Both the position numbers and the translations under genes were made by a program. A DNA stretch of 61,859 bases, taken from IMG/VR virus record IMGVR_UViG_3300037424_001336, positions 1 through 61,859 of that record. One strand, 5' to 3'. Shown piece by piece: positions 43,403 through 53,382 of the stretch. The first letter of the stretch is position 1. Every line of letters starts with the position of its first letter. Below the pieces are notes generated by a model. It did not search any database and was not told the DNA's origin. It saw nothing but the letters and a program-made list of their open reading frames with translations. The stretch comes from a virus. Taxonomy: Duplodnaviria; Caudoviricetes.

Positions 43403-45264
43403 CAGGAAAGCCTCGCCTCGCCGTGGACTTCCCAATTGATCGTGGTCGAGGCGGCGCCGGTCACCCTCAACTCGATCTCGGGACCGTTGGCGGCAAACGC
43501 GCAATCCCAGCCGGCCGTGGTCTCGTGGTCGGTGCCGATGGTGTCGGCCTGGAGAATGGAGCAGGCCCCGGCCACCAGGGCACCGTTGGCCGTCGCCGAG
43601 CCGCCGGCGGCATCGGTGATGATCTCGTTGTCCTCGAACTCGCCCTCGATGTCGCGCAGCGTCAGGGTGCCGGTCGCCCCGGAGTCGGAATCGGCGATGA
43701 TCAGCGCCGTGGCTCCCGAGGTGCCCCCGGTCAGGGTGGAACCCAAAGTGAAGTTCGCGGTCTGGGTGTCATAGGCCAGGGTGGAACCGGCCCGCTTCAC
43801 CTTGGCACCCCTCCAGTAGCAGGCGACGGAAACGCCGTTGCGCATGTTGCCGATGACGATGGCCTCGACGTAGCCGACCTGTCCGGGGTCGAGGCGGATC
43901 GCCCAGGCCTTGGTCACGTCGGCCGTCGTCGTCAAGCCCGAGGTGGCGTTCTTGAGGATGGTCCGCCCCCGCGTCCACTTCGTGCCTTCTCCGGCAACCG
44001 TGACGTCGGCATCCTCGATGCAGTCCATGGCCAAGACGTTGTTTAATGGCAGCGTCAGCGTGATGGCGATGCCGCTGATCTCCATGCCCCACAAGACGAC
44101 GTCCTGGCAGGTGCCGGCGAAGGTCATGGAGCTGGTCGTGGCGTCGCCCTTGACCAGGGAACCGGAGATTTCGAGGCCGATCACGGTGTTGATGGCCTCG
44201 TTGTCGGTGTCGTCGTCATCGTCCACCGCGAGGTTGACGGTGTTGCCTGACCAGTGGCCGTGGATCTTGGTGTGCCTGGCGCCATTGACGTTCATGGCGG
44301 TGCCGGTGCAATCGGCGAAAGACAGGTCGAAGCGGTTGTGCCACGCCTTCATGTCCTCGAACCCGAGGTCGACGCCCGCCACCGAGCACAGGCTGACCGC
44401 GCCGGCCCAGGCGTTGCCCCGCCACTCGTCGCCGTCGGCCCCGTTGCCGGCGTCGCTGTCTCCATGCAGCTTGGCCCCGGTATCGCAGTCCTCGACGGAG
44501 AGGCCGACCCACGCCGACCGGCGCCCCCCCTTGAAATGCAGCCCGGTCTCGAAGCGCTTGACCAGGACATCCTCGAACACGGTCTCGTCGTTGGCCTTGG
44601 AGAAGACGCCGACGGACCCTGTTTGCAGGTCGACGCCGTCGAGCGTGAGGCTTCTCAGTCCGGCCCGGTCGCCGCCAATGGTAATGCACTCCGCCGCAGT
44701 CTGGCATTGCAGGATTGTGACGTCACGGCCGGCCCCGGCCAGGACGACGCCCTCGGCCAGGGTGAGATCGGTAAAGGGCCATGTTCCGGCCGGGATCATC
44801 ACCCTGCCGCCGCTGGCTGCGGCACCGCAAGCCGCGACCAGGGTTGCGGTATTGGTTGCCGCGTCGTCGTCGGCCAGCGCCCCATAGTCCAGGGCCTGGA
44901 TGAAATCATCGGCGCGATCGGCGAGGCTCCGGGCCGCGGTACCATCGGTGCCAGTGACCAGGGCGCCGGACGCATCGGCCCCGACCAGGGTATAGATCGG
45001 CGGTCTCACGATGCCGGTCTGGTCGGTGGTGTTGATTTCAAGATCGACCGGCTCCCCGGCGTAAAGAGGGATTGCCCACTTGCCATAGGTGACGCCGTTG
45101 CTGGTCAGGCTCAGTAGGGTCTGCGGGTTGGCCGCCGCAACTGTCAGCGCCTCGTCGGTGTAGACCGACGCCAGCGTCGATAGCCCGGCCTTGCGGATGC
45201 GCACAACGGCATAGGCATAGTGGGGTTGCCAAGTGTCGAAGAAGCCGATTCGGAATGCGGACAT
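43402..45264 (-). CDS. Tail spike with a pectate-lyase-like beta-helix
   Basis: ALDYGA.ADD...NTA...GGRVMIPAGTW...L..GVVLAGAG...TIL. Confidence 0.8.
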   Translation of the reverse strand: MSAFRIGFFDTWQPHYAYAVVRIRKAGLSTLASVYTDEALTVAAANPQTLLSLTSNGVTYGKWAIPLYAGEPVDLEINTTDQTGIVRPPIYTLVGADASGALVTGTDGTAARSLADRADDFIQALDYGALADDDAATNTATLVAACGAAASGGRVMIPAGTWPFTDLTLAEGVVLAGAGRDVTILQCQTAAECITIGGDRAGLRSLTLDGVDLQTGSVGVFSKANDETVFEDVLVKRFETGLHFKGGRRSAWVGLSVEDCDTGAKLHGDSDAGNGADGDEWRGNAWAGAVSLCSVAGVDLGFEDMKAWHNRFDLSFADCTGTAMNVNGARHTKIHGHWSGNTVNLAVDDDDDTDNEAINTVIGLEISGSLVKGDATTSSMTFAGTCQDVVLWGMEISGIAITLTLPLNNVLAMDCIEDADVTVAGEGTKWTRGRTILKNATSGLTTTADVTKAWAIRLDPGQVGYVEAIVIGNMRNGVSVACYWRGAKVKRAGSTLAYDTQTANFTLGSTLTGGTSGATALIIADSDSGATGTLTLRDIEGEFEDNEIITDAAGGSATANGALVAGACSILQADTIGTDHETTAGWDCAFAANGPEIELRVTGAASTTINWEVHGEARLS

Positions 45265-45271
45265 GGACGTT

Positions 45272-45721
45272 TTACTCCTCTTCCGGCCACGTCAGGGCCG
45301 GCAGTTCCGCGAAAACCTCTTCGATGGTCGGCATCGGCCTGGCGCCGCTCAGCACGTCGCCCAGGATGGCGTATCCGGCCGCCCAAGTGGCATCACGCGC
45401 GGCGAGGCAATAGGCCCCCTCGGCGGCGAATTGCGGGTTCGTGCTGGACACGTATGTGCAGGCGGAAAGAATACCGTCGTACAGTCTCGTTCGCGCGAAG
45501 GCGTCGAGACGCTCCTGGATGGCGGCGCTGAACCCAGCCTGGATTTGCTCGGGCGACTTCGGCGGCGGGGCCGGCTCCGGCACGACCGTCGCACCCAGCG
45601 CCGCAACGTTGTCGGGGTAGTCCAGCCAGTTGGCTGGGTATTTGGTGCCGTCGGCCCCACGAAACGGCCGCCCGGTCTTCACCAGTTCCGGCGTCGCGCC
45701 GGGGATTGAATAAAGGGTCAT
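45272..45721 (-). CDS. Tail fibre assembly-like protein
   Basis: IQERLDAFARTRLYDGILSACTY...FAAEG...RDATW...LPALTWP. Confidence 0.75.
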   Translation of the reverse strand: MTLYSIPGATPELVKTGRPFRGADGTKYPANWLDYPDNVAALGATVVPEPAPPPKSPEQIQAGFSAAIQERLDAFARTRLYDGILSACTYVSSTNPQFAAEGAYCLAARDATWAAGYAILGDVLSGARPMPTIEEVFAELPALTWPEEE

Positions 45722-45740
45722 CTTCTCCGCCCTCTCCTAG

Positions 45741-46487
45741 TCACGGCACGTCGGTTGAGGAATTAGCTGTCGTCATGTTGACCAGCGTCCAGTTGTTGCC
45801 GTTGCCGCTGTCGTCGGCCCCAAGAGTTGTCGTGCTCGTCGGATCTTCGAAGCGCAGCCGGAACCCGTAAGTCCCGAACGAACCCGTGTAGTCGACGGGT
45901 TTGCCGCCGGCGTCGTGGAAATTGCTGTCGGCCAGTTTCAGGCCGTCGATCCAGTGCAATTCGTCCATCTGGCCATTCCAGTCATAGGTGCCGACGCCCG
46001 GCAGATAGTCACCGATGATGGACGTTGTGGCGTAGCCGAACACCTGCATGTTGGTGTTCTGGGCCGGGCGGGTGTTGGTGGCGAACGAACTGATCTCCGT
46101 TCCGTCAATTTCCAGAGAAAACATATCCGCAGCGACCGGCTGCGTCGTATCGACGCCGAGCGTACCATAGTGCCAGGCGGTGTCAGTGAAGGTGGCGTTG
46201 GTGATGATGGTGGTGTTGATGGAGCCCCCCGCGCCATTCGAGACCCGGAACCGGTTGGACCCGTCGATATGAATCTCGAAGGTGTTGTTGGCAGATCCGT
46301 CGCCAGCACTGAAAATGTACTGCACGCCGTTTGAGGCCCGCTTGAAGTAAAATGGGACGGTGAACGTCTTGCGGTTTCCGCTGGTCCCCATCAGGCGCGA
46401 AAGCCGCTGGTCGCTCGCCGCCGTAAAGGTCAGAGAACGGGCGTTCGAAAGCCCGCCAGCCATCATCATCGGCGCCCCGAAAAGCAT
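45741..46487 (-). CDS. LamG/ConA-like receptor-binding protein
   Basis: GNRKTFT, WHY, WNGQMDE and GADDSGNGNNWT..N. Confidence 0.8.
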   Translation of the reverse strand: MLFGAPMMMAGGLSNARSLTFTAASDQRLSRLMGTSGNRKTFTVPFYFKRASNGVQYIFSAGDGSANNTFEIHIDGSNRFRVSNGAGGSINTTIITNATFTDTAWHYGTLGVDTTQPVAADMFSLEIDGTEISSFATNTRPAQNTNMQVFGYATTSIIGDYLPGVGTYDWNGQMDELHWIDGLKLADSNFHDAGGKPVDYTGSFGTYGFRLRFEDPTSTTTLGADDSGNGNNWTLVNMTTANSSTDVP

Positions 46488-46490
46488 GGC

Positions 46491-47474
46491 CTAGCTCCAA
46501 TTCTTCAGCAGCTTCGCCTCGATGTGCGTCGCGTCGCGGACCACTCCAACGAGGGTGTCCCTGGCCGAGTTCGATGCCGTCACGCTTGGCGCGGTACCGC
46601 CCTCAAAATCCCAATAACTGCCGAACGCCAGTGTCTTTGGGCTGCTGGCATGCTGGGTGAAGCGCACCACGATTTCCTGTCCCGCCGCCGGTAGGTTCGT
46701 CGGGTTATCGAGCGTCGTGTTTTCAGTGAAAGTGTGGGAGAAAAAGTTTCCCGCTGACGCGTCAATTGCAATGTGGGCCGACGCGCTGGTCAGCGGAACG
46801 TCAGCGCCCCGCTGCGCCTTGGTGAAGGACTGCGCCACGGCGAGCTTGGCGACATTCGTCAGGTTTGCACCGTCGCCGGTCGGGGCCAGCACGTCGATGC
46901 CGATATCGAGGCCCATGGCGGTGCGCATGGCGGCGGCGGCCAGAAGCTCATAGGCGGTTCCCCCGGTATTGACCCTGGGGAACTTCAGCCCGTTGCCGGA
47001 CGGGTCCGGGAGATCGAAGAGGGCGGCCAGAACCGAGACGTCGGTGGCCTTTTCCAGATACCCGGCGCTGACATCGGTGGCAAACACGTCGCTCTCATGG
47101 AAGGCGGTGACGATGTACCAGTCGTTGCTGGCATCATCGGCGACGACGATGTCGTTGGGGACGTAAGCGGTGTCAGTGACCCAGGCCCCTTTCCAGCGCA
47201 TGCCCCCCCAGATGATGCCGGTGCTGTGGTCGGCAATGGAGAGTTCCGAGATGTCGGCAATGACGGGGCCGTCGATATAGACCGGCTGCTCGATCTTGCC
47301 GGCGCTGTCGAGGATCTGGGGGTTGGCCAGCGTCCCGGTCCCCGCCGGCGCGTCGTATAGTGTGGCCAGCGTCGTCGTCTTGGCACCCGTCGCCGACACC
47401 GTGTAGAAGTTGACGGTGGCCCCGATATAGAGCGGGTTGGCCAGATTGAATTCGGCGATGGCGAAACGGGTCAT
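46491..47474 (-). CDS. Tail fibre protein
   Basis: ANPQILDSAG head-binding-like N-terminus, WKGAW..TAY and QSFTKAQRG. Confidence 0.8.
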   Translation of the reverse strand: MTRFAIAEFNLANPLYIGATVNFYTVSATGAKTTTLATLYDAPAGTGTLANPQILDSAGKIEQPVYIDGPVIADISELSIADHSTGIIWGGMRWKGAWVTDTAYVPNDIVVADDASNDWYIVTAFHESDVFATDVSAGYLEKATDVSVLAALFDLPDPSGNGLKFPRVNTGGTAYELLAAAAMRTAMGLDIGIDVLAPTGDGANLTNVAKLAVAQSFTKAQRGADVPLTSASAHIAIDASAGNFFSHTFTENTTLDNPTNLPAAGQEIVVRFTQHASSPKTLAFGSYWDFEGGTAPSVTASNSARDTLVGVVRDATHIEAKLLKNWS

Positions 47475-48783
47475 GAAAAATTCGGCATGGAAACCGCCTC
47501 CTTCAGGAAGCGGAGGAAAGACCGCCCCTCTTTGAGACAGATGTTGAACATTTCCGTAAATGCCTGTACATAAAAGGAATGTTTGAGTGCGCCTACCGCT
47601 ATCGCTTTTACCCGACGCCAGATCAGGCTGCTTTCCTGAGCCGCACGTTCGGGTGCGTCCGCGTGGTCTATAACCGGGCTCGCGCCGCCCGCGAAGCGGC
47701 GTGGGTTGAGCGGAAGGAATCCGCCGGATTTATCCAGACGAACGCCTTGTTGACGGCGTGGAAGAAAGACCCGGACCTCGCATGGCTCAACGAGGTTTCG
47801 AGCGTGCCACTGCAACAGGCGCTCCGGCACCTGGACACGGCCTATCGCAACTTCTTCCGCAAGACGGCCCGCTACCCCGGCTTCCGCCGCAAGGATGGGA
47901 CGCAGTCGGCGGAGTTCACCAAGAGCGGATTCAACTACCGCGATGGCCGGCTGAAGCTGGCGAAGATGGATATGCCTATCGATGTGGTGTGGTCGCGCGA
48001 TCTTCCGTCTGATCCGACGACCGTAACGGTGATCCGCGAGACGGATGGCCGCTGGTATATCTCTCTCAAGGTGATCGTGCCGACTGAGAAATTGACCGGT
48101 GGCGGCGAAGTCGGGATAGACCTCGGCCTGACCGACCTCGCGATCTTCAGCACCGGAGAGAAGATCGCCAACCCGCGTCATTTGGCAAAGCGCCAAGAGC
48201 GCCTTGCACGCGAACAGCGGCGTATGGCGAAGAAACAGAAAGGATCGAAGAACCGGGCGAAGGCCAGACTGAAGGTCGGCCGCGCTTATGCCGCCGTGCA
48301 CCATGCCCGGCAGGACTTTTTGCACCAACTGTCTACTCGATTGATCCGCGAGAACCAAGCGATCTACGTCGAGGACTTGGCGGTGGCCAGGATGCTCAAG
48401 AGCAAGCGCATGTCCCGTTCCATCGCCGATGCCGGCTGGGGCGAGCTTCGGAGAATGCTTGCCTACAAAGCCGCGTGGTATGGGCGGACGCTGGTCAAAA
48501 TCGACCGATGGTATCCATCCACCAAGACTTGCAGCGCGTGCGGGACAACCGGACATGTTCTTACCCTCGCCGATAGAGAATGGACGTGCCCGGACTGCGG
48601 AGACCATCACGACCGCGACGTGAACGCGGCGCTGAATATCCTAAGGGCCGGACAGGCCCGGTTAGCCTGTGGAGAGACTGTAAGTCGGTTTGGAACTTCG
48701 GTTTCAACGCTCGTCTCCGTGAAGCAGGAACCTGCGTTGCGAAACTCAGGAATCCGCCCTCTTTAGGGGGCGGAGGATGTCAA
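47475..48783 (+). mobile_element. Non-autonomous IS200/IS605-family (IS1341-type) element
   Basis: Left-end hairpin ccgcctccttcaggaagcgg (47494); right-end hairpin ccgccctctttagggggcgg followed by GATGTCAA; inserted 3' of TCAT; no tnpA. Confidence 0.9.
47579..48766 (+). CDS. tnpB: RNA-guided endonuclease TnpB, intact D-E-D triad
   Basis: AYRYRFYP...FGCVRVVYN; GIDLG, VEDL, CSAC...CPDC and HDRDVNAA. Confidence 0.96.
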   Translation: MFECAYRYRFYPTPDQAAFLSRTFGCVRVVYNRARAAREAAWVERKESAGFIQTNALLTAWKKDPDLAWLNEVSSVPLQQALRHLDTAYRNFFRKTARYPGFRRKDGTQSAEFTKSGFNYRDGRLKLAKMDMPIDVVWSRDLPSDPTTVTVIRETDGRWYISLKVIVPTEKLTGGGEVGIDLGLTDLAIFSTGEKIANPRHLAKRQERLAREQRRMAKKQKGSKNRAKARLKVGRAYAAVHHARQDFLHQLSTRLIRENQAIYVEDLAVARMLKSKRMSRSIADAGWGELRRMLAYKAAWYGRTLVKIDRWYPSTKTCSACGTTGHVLTLADREWTCPDCGDHHDRDVNAALNILRAGQARLACGETVSRFGTSVSTLVSVKQEPALRNSGIRPL

Positions 48784-49535
48784 GGCCACATCCTGTCTGC
48801 CAGAGTGGGTTCACCGAAATCTTCGTTGCTGTCGCAGATCGGCGGTTCGGTGTCGTGCTGCCGGTTCTCGAAGGCCAGCAGCTCGTCGAGGTGCTGTTTC
48901 GCGATGGCCTCGCGCAGCCGGAAGAACCCGGCGCCCAGGTTGCGGATCGGACCATTGCCCAGCCAGGCGGCCAGCTTGTGAACGAGATAGGCCTGCCAGG
49001 ACAGCCTGAGTTGGTGGCTGCTGGTTTCCTTTCTCGGCGACGTCAGGTCCGGCCCGAAGGTCTGGACGTCGAGAAGGATGGCATAGCCCGCCGTGGTATC
49101 GCCAAGCGTCGGCCAGGTGTGCATCGTCGGCGTGTTGAGGCGGTCGATCCATACCAGTTCGGGACTGCCCGCCGCATCGCGGTCGGCGATGTCGGTCCAG
49201 GACTCCCGGGTGACGATGGTGACGGGACTCTCGTTGCCGTTGGGATCGACGAGCCTCGCCGCGACCGGGAACTGGATGCCCTCGTCCGGAGCATCCGATG
49301 CCAGGGTTGCGATCAGATCATAGCTCTGCGTCGTGGCGGTCAGGGGAATGCTGAGGGTGTCGGGGATCAGCCAGAAGCAGCGTCCGGCCCCCGACAGGTG
49401 GGCGACGGTGAGGTCAAGCCGGGCCAGGGCACGGCGCAGGTGTTCGGCCCCGGCGCCCTGCTCGTTGGCCGAGATGACGCCGATGTCTTCCAGCGCCATC
49501 TCGCAGATCTGCTTGGCATTGAACCTCGTCGACAT
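48780..49535 (-). CDS. Head-tail adaptor (P22 gp4-like position)
   Basis: QICEMALEDIGV...; stop codon supplied by the IS right end. Confidence 0.7.
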   Translation of the reverse strand: MSTRFNAKQICEMALEDIGVISANEQGAGAEHLRRALARLDLTVAHLSGAGRCFWLIPDTLSIPLTATTQSYDLIATLASDAPDEGIQFPVAARLVDPNGNESPVTIVTRESWTDIADRDAAGSPELVWIDRLNTPTMHTWPTLGDTTAGYAILLDVQTFGPDLTSPRKETSSHQLRLSWQAYLVHKLAAWLGNGPIRNLGAGFFRLREAIAKQHLDELLAFENRQHDTEPPICDSNEDFGEPTLADRMWP

Positions 49536-50075
49536 CTAGGCGGCCTCGTCCTCTTCCCACAGCTTCTTCAGGTCGGCATCGCCCAGGTCCTCGGCCTCGG
49601 CGTCGCCGACCCCGTCCTTCTCGACGATGGGTTCCGGCTGCGCCGTGGCTTCGGTGAGGAAGTTGACCAGGGCTTCCTTGCCGTTGCGCTTCGAGAGCCC
49701 CATGCCGCCCTTCAAGGCGACCGCGCGGATCACCAGGGAATCGACGCTCAGTTCCTCGAACTTGGCGATGCAGCAGCCGCGCGGGATCGGCGGCGGCAAC
49801 TGGCCCTCGGCCGGCTTCGTCGCCGTGGCGTGGACGTCGAGCCTGGAACCATCCTCGCGGTAGACCTCGAAATTACGATCAGCGTTGCCGAGCCGGATGG
49901 CGTGGGCCGCCGGCATCTCGACCTTCTGGTTTTCCAGGAACGCATAGGTGACGACGTGGTCGTTATCGAGCAGGACGTCGTGGCGCCTGGGAACGTCGAG
50001 GCTCCTGGCGGTGCGGTCGAGGACCAAGAGGACATCTTTCTCCTTCTCCGGCTTCGCCTTCTCCGGGGTGTTCAT
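49536..50075 (-). CDS. Hypothetical virion-associated protein
   Basis: AAGGAG RBS; in operon. Confidence 0.7.
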   Translation of the reverse strand: MNTPEKAKPEKEKDVLLVLDRTARSLDVPRRHDVLLDNDHVVTYAFLENQKVEMPAAHAIRLGNADRNFEVYREDGSRLDVHATATKPAEGQLPPPIPRGCCIAKFEELSVDSLVIRAVALKGGMGLSKRNGKEALVNFLTEATAQPEPIVEKDGVGDAEAEDLGDADLKKLWEEDEAA

Positions 50076-50104
50076 GGTTAGGTCTCCTTTGCCAGCGTGG
50101 TAAA

Positions 50105-50150
50105 AATCGAATAAAAAAATGGGAAAAAGCCGGCCGCCTCGCGACGGCCG
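50105..50150 (-). terminator. Intrinsic terminator after the head genes
   Basis: Minus strand ccggccgtc-gcga-ggcggccgg followed by ctttttcccattttttt. Confidence 0.8.
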
Positions 50151-50166
50151 GACGGAAATCTCCGTT

Positions 50167-50976
50167 CTAGAACACCGCGAGTTGGAGCGGCAGCACGATG
50201 AAGCCGGCGGCGGTGTCGGTGCCGCTCGACAGCGTGTAGTCGATGGACTTGCAGGTGCCGTCGCCGATGTGGGGGCGGATCACGTACATGCCCTCGTCTT
50301 CATTGGTGTTGCTGCCTTCGGCCACGGCGGCGATGGTGCCGGCCCCGGCCACCAGGGCGCCATAGGTGAACTCGACATCACCACCGGTGAGATCGACGAA
50401 GACCGCGTTGGTGCCGACATCGAAGCCGACGGTGGCCTGGGCCATGCCGGCGAGAGTCAGGGCCATGGCGGCCATGATGCCATTGGCGTCGAACCCGGCC
50501 TCGGTGCCGATCCCAAGCCCGACGTCCATGGTCTCGGTGGCGTCGAGGGTTTCGACATAGACGCCGAGGCCTTGCGGCAGGATCATCTCGCCGGCCTCGA
50601 GATCGAAACCGGTGTCGGTCTGGGTGTTGTCGTCGGTGTCGGCGATGTCGAACGGGATCACCAGGACGCCGGTCAAGGCGTTCCGGTCGATGTAGATCTC
50701 GTTGAGACCCGACGGTTTGACGGTCTTGTAGCGGAACGGGTGTCCCGACGGAGCCTTGCCGTAGATATCGACGCTGGCGACGGTCTCGGCGGTGCGGAAC
50801 GAGATCAGGCCGTTGGTGATGGACACCGGGTTGGAGGCCGCGGCGCCTTCTTCATCGACGATGGCGACCTTGGCGGTGCCGCCGGCGGCGGCGATGTAGG
50901 CCACACCGCCCGCATCCTGGATAACCTCGCGGGTGAGGTGGTCGTGGAGCTGGATGCTCCAAAGCTTCTGTCCCAT
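50167..50976 (-). CDS. Putative capsid decoration protein
   Basis: Directly after the major capsid gene; beta-rich. Confidence 0.65.
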   Translation of the reverse strand: MGQKLWSIQLHDHLTREVIQDAGGVAYIAAAGGTAKVAIVDEEGAAASNPVSITNGLISFRTAETVASVDIYGKAPSGHPFRYKTVKPSGLNEIYIDRNALTGVLVIPFDIADTDDNTQTDTGFDLEAGEMILPQGLGVYVETLDATETMDVGLGIGTEAGFDANGIMAAMALTLAGMAQATVGFDVGTNAVFVDLTGGDVEFTYGALVAGAGTIAAVAEGSNTNEDEGMYVIRPHIGDGTCKSIDYTLSSGTDTAAGFIVLPLQLAVF

Positions 50977-51039
50977 AGGGAACTCCTTTCGTTGGGATGG
51001 CGACGGGAAGGAAGGGGGGCACGAAGGCCCCCCGGTGGC

Positions 51040-52149
51040 TCAGGTGGCGGCGGCGGCGGTCTTCACCGTCAGCGTCCCGAAGTCCTCCTTCTGGGTGTCG
51101 ATGCTGCGCTGGAACCGCGGCTTGAGGAGGCCGAACTTGCGGCCGAAGGCGATGCCGGGGCGGTTGCCGTAGTCCTTGGTTTCCTCCCGCGTCACCGCGT
51201 TGCCGATGGTCGCGAAGCCCATGGCCTGGGCGCCAAGCAACTGGGCCTGGGCGCCGTGCACGGTACCGGTCGATCCCCAGCGCGACCCGCTGGACAGCCC
51301 CAGGGTGTTGAACACCTTGTTGTGGGCATGGATCACGACGCCGTCGACCACAGCGATGGCGTTCTTGAACAGGGGGTTTTCCTTGCCCCGTTCGGCCGCG
51401 CTCTTGACGATCGCCTGATAGGTGGGGTCGAGAACGAGGTCGCGGCGCTGCTCCGAGGAAACCAGGAGCACGAAGTATTCCTTGCCCCCGGAATTGATCG
51501 GCTTGATCAATTCGCGCTCGGCCTTGGCCTTGGCCCGGACGATGACGGACCAGCTCATCTTGTCGTCGGCCGAAAGCGTGGCCTCCGACGTCGCCGAGCC
51601 GGCATAGAGGATGCGGTTCGTGGTCGGCGCCACGACCTGGCCGGCGAAGGCCAGTTGGGTGAGCTGGCTGGCGCCGCGGGCGGAGCCGTTCAGCTTGAGG
51701 CTATAGGCGCGGCCGGCGATGGTGAGGAACATCAGTTCGTCGAGCTTGTTGCCCATCCAGAAGCTGAGCTTGCCCTTGGCCTGGGCGCGGAAGCGGATCA
51801 CCGTCTTCTGTTCGCTCATCTCGCCTTTCGAGCGAACGCCGTGGCGCAGCATGTCGATGTTGATCTCTTCCGTGTCGTTGACGAGGGCTTCCTCGTTGTC
51901 TTCCAGCTTGTTGTCGGCGGCGACGCCGTCACCTTGCAGGTCGGCCACCAGCTGCATGATGCAGCGGGCGCCGCGCTCGGTTTCGGTGAGTTCGGTGATG
52001 CGATGAACAGGGGTGTTCATGTCGGTGGTGTTCTTGCCGACGAACCCGTTGCTCATCCAGTAGTTCTTTTCGCGCGCCTCCTGGTAGGTCTGGGCGGCCC
52101 AAAGCGTCTTCTGGGCAAGGCTCATGGCGCTGAAATCGGTGGCAGGCAT
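51040..52149 (-). CDS. Major capsid protein (N4-gp56/DUF4043-like)
   Basis: LQGDGV..DNKLEDNEEAL...IDMLRHGV...ENPLF...LLGAQA...DYGN...EDFG. Confidence 0.9.
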   Translation of the reverse strand: MPATDFSAMSLAQKTLWAAQTYQEAREKNYWMSNGFVGKNTTDMNTPVHRITELTETERGARCIMQLVADLQGDGVAADNKLEDNEEALVNDTEEINIDMLRHGVRSKGEMSEQKTVIRFRAQAKGKLSFWMGNKLDELMFLTIAGRAYSLKLNGSARGASQLTQLAFAGQVVAPTTNRILYAGSATSEATLSADDKMSWSVIVRAKAKAERELIKPINSGGKEYFVLLVSSEQRRDLVLDPTYQAIVKSAAERGKENPLFKNAIAVVDGVVIHAHNKVFNTLGLSSGSRWGSTGTVHGAQAQLLGAQAMGFATIGNAVTREETKDYGNRPGIAFGRKFGLLKPRFQRSIDTQKEDFGTLTVKTAAAAT

Positions 52150-52197
52150 AGGTGATCTCCTTTCCGCACCGCTCCGGGCCAGGAGGCGCGGAGGCGG

Positions 52198-53235
52198 CTA
52201 AAAAGCGTTTCTGGCGATTTGACGCTGGATCCCCTCGGGAAGGGCCGCGATCTCGTCTTCGGTCATGGTTCCCGATTCGATGCGGGCTTCGATCGCCGCG
52301 ATGTCCGTGGTCGCGGCGCCGTTGCCCAGGGTCGAGACGTCGATGGGATGCTGTTCGGCCAGGTCGATCTTGGCGTTCCGCGCAAGCGCGGCCGGGCTCG
52401 GCGTGGGGTTTCCGGGAGAAGCCTTCGGCGTCAGGGGGCCGACCCACTGCGGGCCGTAGGTATCCGTCAGACGGGCCATCCTGTCGCGGAGCACCAACTG
52501 TTCACGGGACGGCAACGCGCCGTCTTTCCCGTAATGCAGGGGCGTGCCTTCCGCCGCGAGTTGCGCGGCCGCCTCGTTTTCGAGGTAGTCCCACCGGGCC
52601 CGCCCGACCGGCGTGTTGGCCGGGATCAGGAGGGTATAGGGGTGGGCCTGCTCCATCGCGGCGGTGCGTTCGTCGACGATCAGGCTGTTCTCGGTGACGG
52701 TGTCGGGGGCGCGTTGCGGCTGCTTCATGCTTTCGCGCAGCGTCCATTTCTCGTCCTCGAGGACGGCCTGCCGGCGGGTCAGTTCCGCATAGGTGATCGT
52801 GGCGGCGTCGTACTGTTCGGCGTTGGCGGTAATCTCCGCCTGGATTGCGCCGAGACGCTGGGCCGGATCGGTATGCTGCGGCTGGGCCTCCTGCTGCCGT
52901 GCCTTCGGTTGCTGGGGCCGCGAGACCAGGCCTTCGGCGAGACCGCGCAGGTAGCGGGCATCATCCTCGGCCTTGCGGCGCTTGCCAGCTTCCTCGTCCA
53001 GCCTCTCCTTCGGAACCATGATCGGTTCATGGCCGGCCTTCTTGGTGTCGGCTGCCGGCTGAGTTGCCGGGGCTGCCGGGGTTTGGGCGGCTTCTTCGTT
53101 CGCGGGCTTGGCGGCCTCGGCCTCCAATTGGCGAACCAGAATGTCGTCCGGGTCCTCGATGGCCGTTTCGGGTTTGGCGGGCTCGGGGTTGGGCTGAGCT
53201 TCGGGCACAGTGGTGGTGTCGGTCTTCTCGGTCAT
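52198..53235 (-). CDS. Scaffolding protein
   Basis: MVPKERLDE coiled coil; C-terminal MTEDEIAALPE; upstream of the capsid gene. Confidence 0.75.
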   Translation of the reverse strand: MTEKTDTTTVPEAQPNPEPAKPETAIEDPDDILVRQLEAEAAKPANEEAAQTPAAPATQPAADTKKAGHEPIMVPKERLDEEAGKRRKAEDDARYLRGLAEGLVSRPQQPKARQQEAQPQHTDPAQRLGAIQAEITANAEQYDAATITYAELTRRQAVLEDEKWTLRESMKQPQRAPDTVTENSLIVDERTAAMEQAHPYTLLIPANTPVGRARWDYLENEAAAQLAAEGTPLHYGKDGALPSREQLVLRDRMARLTDTYGPQWVGPLTPKASPGNPTPSPAALARNAKIDLAEQHPIDVSTLGNGAATTDIAAIEARIESGTMTEDEIAALPEGIQRQIARNAF

Positions 53236-53382
53236 GTCATCCTCATCTCGCTGGGATCGGTGCGGAAGCGCCCTTCACGCCAGGCGGCGGCGGGCCCGTG
53301 TCGTGGGCCGGACGGGAAAATGAACAAACGAATGGAAGGGCCACCCCGGGGGATGGCCCCATCGTCCTGAAATTGGACGGGA

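Noticed and set aside
43402-47474. Diversity-generating retroelement or invertible tail-fibre system
   Set aside because: No reverse transcriptase, template/variable repeat pair or invertase seen.
47471-48610. 379-aa ORF antisense to tnpB that ends in an ATGA overlap with the tail-fibre gene
   Set aside because: Long antisense ORFs are common in GC-rich tnpB genes and it has no recognisable domain; restored coupling is possible but unsupported.
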